Shown here: one piece after another, positions 9,139 to 15,552 of the stretch
How the letters are laid out: each line of letters starts with the position of its first letter
Numbering within the stretch: position 1 is the stretch's first letter
DNA from: Candidatus Nomurabacteria bacterium
GTDB taxonomy: Bacteria; Patescibacteriota; Minisyncoccia; Phycocordibacterales; UBA9973
Direction: 5' to 3'
DNA: 32,423 nucleotides
Assembly (NCBI GenBank): GCA_009695015.1
Contig: SIBT01000002.1
Span: 1-32,423, forward strand
Position numbers and translations under genes: made by a program
The notes under the pieces: generated by a model
Told to the model about the DNA's origin: nothing
What the model saw: only the letters and a program-made list of their open reading frames with translations
Database searches by the model: none

Positions 9139-9162
9139 AATTTCAAGTTTTTCTTTGGCGGC
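9139..9162 (-). repeat. 24-bp fragment identical to recombinase codons (inverted copy of 10230-10253)
   Basis: The reverse complement of 9139-9162 is gccgccaaagaaaaacttgaaatt, identical to 10230-10253 (AAKEKLEI). It sits between the cargo ORF stop and repeat e. Confidence 0.85.
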
Positions 9163-9180
9163 AAATTCTTTAATGATTTC

Positions 9181-9831
9181 TTAATGAAGAAATTTAAAGG
9201 TCGAAAGAACACTATTGAGTAAGGCTAAAACACTACTCTCATTTACTCTCGAAATCTTAGTGTTTGTTGAGTAAGCTAAATCTGTTGTGTTAATTCTCAA
9301 AATTATTTCTAAACAACCCTGCTCATGAAGAGTTCGATACATCCAATCTTTACTTTCATGTCCGGATGATTTGAATATGCCACCCGCCGTCTCGGAGAAA
9401 GTAATATTATCGATTTGTTTTTTAGGAATAACAGTCCCAACACATTTTGCTTCGGTATCAAAACGCTTAATCACGCTTATTGCAACCGCGGCTCCCTCAA
9501 GATTTGTATCTGTGTATGATTTAGATGGAAAATATAAACATGCGACTATATCACGAGGATCACATGGATAAAAAATATTATGTGGCAAAGCTGAAATTTT
9601 TTGTCGATCCTGTTCTCCATCGTAAAATTCCCCACTTGGTGGGTAGCTTATCTCAAACCCGTATTTCTCATTTGTATATTTTTTCCAGTCAGAAACTTGA
9701 GCTAAAGCTGGAGGTTCTTGTCCTTGGTTAATGGGTGTTTGCCTCTTGGACATTATAAAATATCCACCAGCGATTATGATAGCAACGACGACAACAATCA
9801 AAATAATATTTACAAATCCTTTTTTACTCAT
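9181..9831 (-). CDS. Hypothetical membrane-anchored or secreted protein (N-terminal TM helix, extracytoplasmic domain)
   Basis: 216 aa with an ATG start. A single N-terminal hydrophobic helix (FVNIILIVVVVAIIIAGGYFI) is followed by a Cys-containing soluble domain. I recognise no catalytic motif. Confidence 0.7.
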   Translation of the reverse strand: MSKKGFVNIILIVVVVAIIIAGGYFIMSKRQTPINQGQEPPALAQVSDWKKYTNEKYGFEISYPPSGEFYDGEQDRQKISALPHNIFYPCDPRDIVACLYFPSKSYTDTNLEGAAVAISVIKRFDTEAKCVGTVIPKKQIDNITFSETAGGIFKSSGHESKDWMYRTLHEQGCLEIILRINTTDLAYSTNTKISRVNESSVLALLNSVLSTFKFLH

Positions 9832-9833
9832 AT

Positions 9834-9860
9834 GATTAAAAAATTTTCTTCCCCCAAAAT
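9834..9860 (-). repeat. 27-bp 'A box', inverted copy, 2 nt upstream of the cargo ORF ATG
   Basis: The minus strand reads attttgggggaagaaaattttttaatc, identical to the plus strand at 10093-10119. Confidence 0.9.
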
Positions 9861-9861
9861 T

Positions 9862-9910
9862 AAAATATGGTTCGAGCCGATGTTTTTCTCCGGGTTCTTT
9901 TGCGGTTTTG
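9862..9910 (-). repeat. Two abutting inverted fragments of the recombinase gene (B: 27 bp, C: 21 bp)
   Basis: 9862-9888 is the reverse complement of 11471-11497 (gaaaaacatcggctcgaaccatatttt). 9890-9910 is the reverse complement of 10274-10294 (caaaaccgcaaaagaacccgg). One nucleotide (9889) joins them. Confidence 0.9.
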
Positions 9911-9996
9911 AGCGGTGCGGCTCCGCCGCCTTTCCGAATTTTCGCGGAGGGATTTCCTTCCCGAAATGCGTTCGGACTAATTCAAGAATACTGCAC
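9911..9996 (-). repeat. 86-bp inverted repeat 'e', right copy
   Basis: Exact reverse complement of 9050-9135. It overlaps repeat D by the 4 nt GCAC (9993-9996). Confidence 0.95.
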
Positions 9997-10092
9997 CACG
10001 TAGGAAAAGTCAAAGAGTTTTGGTTCGCCTCGCTTCGCTCGGCGACCAATTGGTATTCAATTTTTGGGGTAAAAACGAATTGGCGGTTTCGC
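9993..10092 (-). repeat. 100-bp inverted repeat 'D', left copy
   Basis: Reverse complement of 11498-11597 with 99/100 identity. The single mismatch is at 10034 versus 11556. Confidence 0.95.
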
Positions 10093-10119
10093 ATTTTGGG
10101 GGAAGAAAATTTTTTAATC
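10093..10119 (+). repeat. 27-bp 'A box', 17 nt upstream of the recombinase ATG
   Basis: attttgggggaagaaaattttttaatc, identical to the minus strand of 9834-9860. Confidence 0.9.
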
Positions 10120-10136
10120 CTTAATCAAACAACAAT

Positions 10137-11645
10137 ATGAAATACATACTTTATGCGAGAAAATCTACCGAAGAAGATGACCGACAAGTGCTTTCGATTG
10201 AAGCGCAACTCGTAGAGTTGCAAGAGTATGCCGCCAAAGAAAAACTTGAAATTATCGCTTCCTTCCAGGAAGCCAAAACCGCAAAAGAACCCGGGCGAAT
10301 AAAATTCGCAGAAATGTTGTCATTGATTGAGAGAGGAAAGGCAGATGGAATTATTTCGTGGCACCCCGACCGCCTCGCGCGCAATTCGGTGGACGGCGGA
10401 AAGATTATTTATTTTGTAGATCGCGGCTTGATTCGCTCTCTAAAATTTCCCACTTTCTGGTTTGAACCGACACCGCAAGGGCTATTTATGCTGAACATTG
10501 CTTTTGGCCAATCAAAATATTTTGTAGATAATTTGCGAGAGAATGTGAAGCGAGGTTTGCGGCAGAAAATCAGGAATGGCGTATGGCCCGGCTGGGCCCC
10601 GGTTGGCTACCTAAATAATCCTAAAACTCGCGGGATTGATGTTGATAGCAAGAAAGCACTCAAAGTGAGGAAGTTGTTTGAAATGTACGCCACCGGAGCA
10701 TATACGCTTCATTCTCTCGCAAATTGGTGCAGGGAAAATGGTTTAGTCGGCAATCTCGGCAAGCCGCTTGTCATCGCCAATATTCAGAAAAATCTACAAA
10801 ATGTTTTCTACCTTGGCTTGATGAAATGGAAGAGGGAAATTTTTGAGGGAAAACACGAGCCGTTAATTTCAAAGAAACTTTTTGATTCTTGCCAAGAAGT
10901 GATGGCGAAACGCGGGAAGGTACAAGAAGTGAGAAAACACCACTTTACTTTTCTTGGCTTACTCAAATGTGCTTCGTGCGGTTGCTCCATTACTGGAGAG
11001 CGACAGAAAGGACATAACTACTATCGTTGCACCAAAAAGAAAGGTCCTTGCCAAGAAAAGCATTATCTCCGCGAGGAAGCATTAACCGAGCAAATCAAAA
11101 ACTTCTTGCAAAAAGTTTCTTTATCGAGCCAAGACACCGAGAAAGTTCTAGCGGCGTTAGATACAGAACAGGATAAAGCGAGAGAGGATGCACAAAGCGA
11201 AGTTGGGATCTTAAAAGACCAATTATCACAATTTGAGATAAAACTTCAAAGGTTGTTAGACATTTATTTAGCCGATGCTTTATCCACAGAGGAATACACC
11301 GCCAAAAAACAGAGTTTGCTGTCTCAAAAGGTCGCTCTCGTGGAGAAAATCACCGACTTTGAGCAAAAAGGATTATCTTGGCTCGAACCGGCTCGTGAGT
11401 TCGTAAAATCCTTAAATCAAGCCATAAAATTGATTGATGAGAATAATCTTTCCGAATTGCCAACATTTCTGAAAAACATCGGCTCGAACCATATTTTGCG
11501 AAACCGCCAATTCGTTTTTACCCCAAAAATTGAATACCAATTGGTCGCCGAGCGAGGCGAGGCGAACCAAAACTCTTTGACTTTTCCTACGTGGTGCCCA
11601 GGGAGAGAATCGAACTCTCATGATGTTGCCATCAATAGATTTTGA
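10137..11645 (+). CDS. Large serine recombinase (resolvase catalytic domain + recombinase domain + zinc ribbon + coiled coil)
   Basis: 502 aa ORF. The N-terminus MKYILYARKSTEEDDRQVLSIEAQ contains the catalytic Ser motif. DRLARN, WAPVGY and the zinc ribbon CASCGCSITGERQKGHNYYRCTKKKGPC are present, followed by a long coiled-coil-like segment. The frame only stops (TGA 11643-11645) after reading antisense through 54 nt of tRNA-Leu, so the native C-terminus is uncertain. Confidence 0.9.
   Translation: MKYILYARKSTEEDDRQVLSIEAQLVELQEYAAKEKLEIIASFQEAKTAKEPGRIKFAEMLSLIERGKADGIISWHPDRLARNSVDGGKIIYFVDRGLIRSLKFPTFWFEPTPQGLFMLNIAFGQSKYFVDNLRENVKRGLRQKIRNGVWPGWAPVGYLNNPKTRGIDVDSKKALKVRKLFEMYATGAYTLHSLANWCRENGLVGNLGKPLVIANIQKNLQNVFYLGLMKWKREIFEGKHEPLISKKLFDSCQEVMAKRGKVQEVRKHHFTFLGLLKCASCGCSITGERQKGHNYYRCTKKKGPCQEKHYLREEALTEQIKNFLQKVSLSSQDTEKVLAALDTEQDKAREDAQSEVGILKDQLSQFEIKLQRLLDIYLADALSTEEYTAKKQSLLSQKVALVEKITDFEQKGLSWLEPAREFVKSLNQAIKLIDENNLSELPTFLKNIGSNHILRNRQFVFTPKIEYQLVAERGEANQNSLTFPTWCPGRESNSHDVAINRF
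11498..11597 (+). repeat. 100-bp inverted repeat 'D', right copy (recombinase 3' coding end plus the last 6 nt of tRNA-Leu)
   Basis: gcgaaaccgccaattcg...cttttcctacgtggtgc, matching the reverse complement of 9993-10092 at 99/100. Confidence 0.95.
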
Positions 11646-11678
11646 GTCTATCGCGTCTACCAATTCCGCCACCTGGGC
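11592..11678 (-). tRNA. tRNA-Leu (anticodon CAA), class II with a long variable arm, CCA encoded
   Basis: Manual fold of GCCCAGGTGGCGGAATTGGTAGACGCGATAGACTCAAAATCTATTGATGGCAACATCATGAGAGTTCGATTCTCTCCCTGGGCACCA. The acceptor is GCCCAGG/CCTGGGC. The anticodon arm is ATAGA-CTCAAAA-TCTAT. The variable arm is GATG-GCAA-CATC. The T arm is GAGAG-TTCGATT-CTCTC. Confidence 0.92.
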
Positions 11679-11750
11679 AATTTATATATGATACTTAAAT
11701 TTAATTCAAAAATCAACAAAAAATAGTCTCTTAAGTTATCCACATTGCAT

Positions 11751-11768
11751 TATCTCATATATGAGATA
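11751..11768. promoter_or_regulatory. 18-bp perfect palindrome spanning the first ATG of the HTH-MurA gene (candidate operator)
   Basis: tatctcatatatgagata is its own reverse complement. It overlaps ATG 11761 and lies 14 nt upstream of the alternative ATG at 11782. An AT-rich background lowers its significance. Confidence 0.35.
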
Positions 11769-13329
11769 TACTGTTTTTTATATGACTAAAGTAAGAAAAG
11801 AAACCGAATTAGAAATAGAGACTGAACAGCAAAAGATCGGTTATTTTATTAAAGAATTACGTGAACGACGTGGGATGACACAAGAACAGTTTGCTAAAGC
11901 CTTGAATACTTCTCAGAGTTCAATTCCACGTATGGAGAAAGGCGAGCAGAATTTTACCACAGAATTACTCCTAAAAATAAGTAACGTTTTAGATCATCAG
12001 ATAGTTTCTATAAATGATTCGATCGATTTCGAAGTAAATGGAGGTAAAAAATTAAGTGGAACGATAAAAACCAATTTTTCAAAAAATGGTTCCGTGGGGC
12101 TTCTTTGCGCTTCTCTTGTAAATAGTGGCACAACTACTCTCCATGGCATCGCCCGGATTGAAGAAGTGTTTCGTGTGATTGAAATATTAGAAAGTATTGG
12201 AGTTATTGTAAAATGGCTCAACCAGAATACTTTAACAATTACACCACCCAATAAATTTACTATAGAAAATATTAATATAGATTCAGCGATCAAGACACGT
12301 TCGATCGTGATGCTCATAGGGCCCCTCATTCACAAATTATCTTCTTTTTCTATCCCCCACGCATATGGATGCAATCTCGGTAAAAGAACTATCGCTGCTC
12401 ATATATATGCGTTAGAAGAACTTGGCGTAAAGATAAAAACAACAAACAAAAGTTATGATGTTAGTGTAAAAAAACTTAAACCAGCAAAAAATATAGTGAT
12501 GTATGAAACCGGGGAAACAGCCTGTGAAAATGTTTTGTTTGCTTCGGCTTTAATTTCCGGAGCTACCACGATAAGTTTTATGAGTAATAACTATTTCGTC
12601 CAAGAGATTTGTTTTTTCTTAGAAACATTGGGGGTAAAAATCGATGGCGTTGGTACGTCTACTTTGACCGTTCATGGGGTATCCGAAATAAATAAAAATG
12701 TCGAATATTCAAATAGTGAAGACCCGATCGAATCTATGATGTTTATTTCAGCTGGAATTATTACTGATTCACATATCATTATCACTCGCGTGCCCATAGA
12801 TTTTTTATCTTTAGAACTTGAAAAATTAAAAAGAATGAATTTGAAATACAAAATCTTAAAAAGATACTACTCACACAATGGTCGAACAAAACTCGCTGAT
12901 ATAGAAATTTTTCAAAGCAAATTGAAAGCATTACAAGATAAAATACATGCAAACATTTACCCCGGAATAAATATAGACAATCTTCCCTTCTTTGTGCCGA
13001 TAGCAATACGCGCCAAAGGACAAACGATGATTCACGATTGGTATTATGAAAATCGCGCAATCTATCTGACTGAATTAAACCGCCTCGGTGCGGAAATCAC
13101 TCTCGCAGACCCTCATCGTCTCTATATTGTAGGTGGAACAGCTCTTAAGGGCGCTCAAGTGGTTTGCCCGCCTGCCCTGCGTCCTTCGATGGTCATTTTG
13201 ATCTCTATGCTCGGAGCTAGTGGTAAATCAATCTTACGAAATGTCTATATGATAAATCGTGGTTACGAGGAAATAGCCGAACGACTAAATTCTATCGGCG
13301 CAGATATTAAAATAATCAAGGGAAACTAA
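11761..13329 (+). CDS. murA: UDP-N-acetylglucosamine 1-carboxyvinyltransferase (MurA) with an N-terminal XRE-type helix-turn-helix extension
   Basis: 522 aa. Residues ~25-80 (IGYFIKELRERRGMTQEQFAKALNTSQSSIPRMEKGEQNFTTELLLKISNVL) form a typical HTH_3/XRE motif. The rest aligns to MurA: GGKKLSGTIKTNFSKNGS (Lys22 region), YGCNLGKRTIAAHI (Cys115/Arg120 loop), YPGINIDNLPFF (Asp305 region) and INRGYEEIAERLNSIGADI (Arg397 region). The start may be ATG 11761 or 11782. Confidence 0.85.
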   Translation: MRYTVFYMTKVRKETELEIETEQQKIGYFIKELRERRGMTQEQFAKALNTSQSSIPRMEKGEQNFTTELLLKISNVLDHQIVSINDSIDFEVNGGKKLSGTIKTNFSKNGSVGLLCASLVNSGTTTLHGIARIEEVFRVIEILESIGVIVKWLNQNTLTITPPNKFTIENINIDSAIKTRSIVMLIGPLIHKLSSFSIPHAYGCNLGKRTIAAHIYALEELGVKIKTTNKSYDVSVKKLKPAKNIVMYETGETACENVLFASALISGATTISFMSNNYFVQEICFFLETLGVKIDGVGTSTLTVHGVSEINKNVEYSNSEDPIESMMFISAGIITDSHIIITRVPIDFLSLELEKLKRMNLKYKILKRYYSHNGRTKLADIEIFQSKLKALQDKIHANIYPGINIDNLPFFVPIAIRAKGQTMIHDWYYENRAIYLTELNRLGAEITLADPHRLYIVGGTALKGAQVVCPPALRPSMVILISMLGASGKSILRNVYMINRGYEEIAERLNSIGADIKIIKGN

Positions 13330-13331
13330 AA

Positions 13332-14195
13332 ATGCAGAAACCGAAAGTTATCGTCATCCTAGGTCAAACTGCTACTGGAAAAAGTAATTTGGCAGTAAAA
13401 ATTGCTCGTAAAATAGGAGGCGAAATAATTTCAGCTGATTCGCGCCAGGTATATAAAGGGCTTGATATTGGCACGGGTAAAATTACCAAAAAAGAGATGA
13501 AGGGGGTTTCTCACTATTTACTAGATGTAGTAAATCCAAAAAAGAAATTTAGCGTTGCAGAGTACAAGAAGCTAGCTGAGAAAAAAATAGAAGAAATAAT
13601 TGCTCATGAAAAACCCCCGATTATTTGCGGGGGAACGGGATTTTATATTGATGCAGTAACGAAAAACATTGTTTTCCCAGAAGTTCTACCGAATCCAAAA
13701 CTACGCAGACAACTTATTGCAAAATCAGAGATCGCATTGTTTGAAGTATTAAAAAAATTAGATCCTGCGCGTGCTACAAATATTGATTCAAAAAATAAAG
13801 TCAGATTAATAAGAGCGATTGAAATAACCAAAACTTTAGGCAAAGTCCCTCCAGTTACAGAGGGTAATCATTTATATAAATTTATAAAAATTGGTTTGTA
13901 TTTGCCGTCAGATAAACTGAAAAAAAATGTAGAAAAAAGAGTGAAAAAAATGTTTAAAGATGGTTTACTGAGTGAAATTAAAAAATTAAAAAAACCTGTC
14001 CATCTTGGCGGGGCGGGAGTATCGAATAAAAGACTTGCTGAACTTGGTTTTGAATATTTCAATCCAACTTATGAAAAAGTAGTTCGAGGAACCTTGCAAT
14101 ACGCTAAACGTCAAATGACGTGGTTCAAACGTGACAAAAAAATAAAATGGTTCGATGCTTCAAAGAAAATTGATCTAACAAAAATTATTAGTTAA
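13332..14195 (+). CDS. miaA: tRNA dimethylallyltransferase
   Basis: 287 aa. It has the P-loop ILGQTATGKSNLAVKIA, then ISADSRQVYKGLDIGTGK and LQYAKRQMTWFK. Confidence 0.9.
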   Translation: MQKPKVIVILGQTATGKSNLAVKIARKIGGEIISADSRQVYKGLDIGTGKITKKEMKGVSHYLLDVVNPKKKFSVAEYKKLAEKKIEEIIAHEKPPIICGGTGFYIDAVTKNIVFPEVLPNPKLRRQLIAKSEIALFEVLKKLDPARATNIDSKNKVRLIRAIEITKTLGKVPPVTEGNHLYKFIKIGLYLPSDKLKKNVEKRVKKMFKDGLLSEIKKLKKPVHLGGAGVSNKRLAELGFEYFNPTYEKVVRGTLQYAKRQMTWFKRDKKIKWFDASKKIDLTKIIS

Positions 14196-15552
14196 ACCAA
14201 ACATTTTTTATATTTATAAATTCTTTTATTCCATACGTGCCGAGCTCTCTGCCATAGCCGGATTTTTTAATTCCTCCAAATGGCGCTCTCAGATCGGATT
14301 TGATCATATCATTCACACACACATTTCCTGCTTCAATTTGCGGTATAATACGCTTTGCTTTCTCCATGTTTAAAGTAAATATAGACGCACCCAAACCATA
14401 TCTCGTATCATTTGCAATTTGAATGGCTTCAGCTTCAGTTTTAAAAGAAATTATTGGAAGCACCGGCCCAAAAACTTCTTCATCATATACTGGCATGCCT
14501 TTTTTTACGTCCGTCAGCACCGTCGGTAAATAAAAATATCCTTTCCCTTCTTTTCGCGAGCCACCATAAACAACTTTGGCTCCCAATGAGATGGATTTTT
14601 GTACTTGTTTTTCCACTTCGAGCAAAATTTGTTCTGTCGCGAGTGGTCCTATGTCTATCTCTTTATTACTTGGATCCCCTACTGATAATTTTGAAAATTC
14701 TTCAACGACAAGTTTGGTAAATTTGTCTCTAATGTTTTCTTCGATGATAAATCTTTTTGCAGAAATACAGCTCTGACCAGTATTACTTTGGAGTCTTGCA
14801 AGCACTGCTATTTGCGCAGCTTTATTTATATCTGCATCAGCAAAAATAATAAAAGGATCGCTACCGCCAAGTTCCAATACAACTTTTTTTATTTCTTCTC
14901 CGGCTACTCGTGCAACCTCGCTCCCTGCTTTCTCGCTTCCTGTGAGAGTAACCGTCGTTATTCTAGAGTCACGGATCAACCTCTCCACTCGAGCTGAAGG
15001 AAGAAGTAAATTTTGGAACACACCTTCAGGAAATCCAGAAGCGCGAAATGATTCTTCGATAGCTTCCGCGCATTGTGGCACATTTGAGGCATGCTTTAAA
15101 AGTCCGACATTTCCAGCCATAATAGCTGGCACCGCAAAGCGATACACCTGCCAAAATGGGAAATTCCAGGGCATTACAGCGAGAATGATACCAAGTGGAT
15201 CAAATTCTACATATTGTTCTTTTTTCTCTGTGTTCAATATTTCACGCGCTAAAATATTTTCTGCGTTATCTGCATAATAATCACAAAGGCTGGCGCATTT
15301 ATCGATACTTCCCGGCCCTGACCTCATAGTCTTACCCATTTCGAGCATTTGTAATTTGGAAAATTCTTCCTTATGACCGCGTAAATATTCTCCCAACTTA
15401 TGCATGAGAGTAGTGCGTTCTTGAAAAGAAGTTTTCTTCCAAGTCTTAAAAGACTCGGTCGCGAGCGCTACTTTTTTTTCAAGTTCACTATCTGAAATTT
15501 CCGTAAAAGTCTTCAAAACTTCTTCAGTTGTTGGATTTTTTGATTGAATCAT
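14188..15552 (-). CDS. NAD(P)-dependent aldehyde dehydrogenase, succinate-semialdehyde dehydrogenase-like
   Basis: 454 aa. ALDH signatures include the catalytic Glu motif LELGGSDPFII and the catalytic Cys motif GQSCISAKRF, plus FPFWQ and GYGRELG. Its start overlaps the stop of the upstream ThDP enzyme gene by 4 nt (ATGA). Confidence 0.85.
   Translation of the reverse strand: MIQSKNPTTEEVLKTFTEISDSELEKKVALATESFKTWKKTSFQERTTLMHKLGEYLRGHKEEFSKLQMLEMGKTMRSGPGSIDKCASLCDYYADNAENILAREILNTEKKEQYVEFDPLGIILAVMPWNFPFWQVYRFAVPAIMAGNVGLLKHASNVPQCAEAIEESFRASGFPEGVFQNLLLPSARVERLIRDSRITTVTLTGSEKAGSEVARVAGEEIKKVVLELGGSDPFIIFADADINKAAQIAVLARLQSNTGQSCISAKRFIIEENIRDKFTKLVVEEFSKLSVGDPSNKEIDIGPLATEQILLEVEKQVQKSISLGAKVVYGGSRKEGKGYFYLPTVLTDVKKGMPVYDEEVFGPVLPIISFKTEAEAIQIANDTRYGLGASIFTLNMEKAKRIIPQIEAGNVCVNDMIKSDLRAPFGGIKKSGYGRELGTYGIKEFINIKNVWFN

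Larger units (their letters stand above)
9050..11597. mobile_element. Putative mini integrative/invertible element at the tRNA-Leu 3' end, carrying a large serine recombinase and one cargo ORF
   Basis: Bounded by a 4-bp direct repeat GTGC (9050-9053 and 11594-11597). The left end is the 86-bp repeat 'e'. The right end is the 100-bp repeat 'D', fused to the tRNA-Leu body. An internal inverted D+e joint lies at 9911-10092. See findings. Confidence 0.5.

Noticed and set aside
9961-9998. Possible decayed tRNA 3' half at the end of repeat e (gcgttcggact...ctgcacca resembles GTTCGA...GCACCA)
   Set aside because: No T-stem pairing or 7-nt T-loop can be drawn; the local hairpin ccgaa-atgcg-ttcgg has a 5-nt loop. 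No acceptor complement is present. Only the terminal GCACCA is shared, and the crossover core explains that.
9828-10094. 88-aa minus-strand ORF (MRNRQFVFTPKIEYQLVAERSEANQ...) and the overlapping 140-aa plus-strand ORF at 9718-10140
   Set aside because: Both are made entirely of the inverted repeat mosaic (D, e, C, B, A fragments). The recombinase-like peptide is just the inverted copy of the recombinase 3' end. I see no independent coding evidence.
11412-11672. 86-aa minus-strand ORF overlapping the end of the recombinase gene
   Set aside because: It is the translated tRNA-Leu sequence plus the antisense of the recombinase 3' end. The tRNA fold explains the region.
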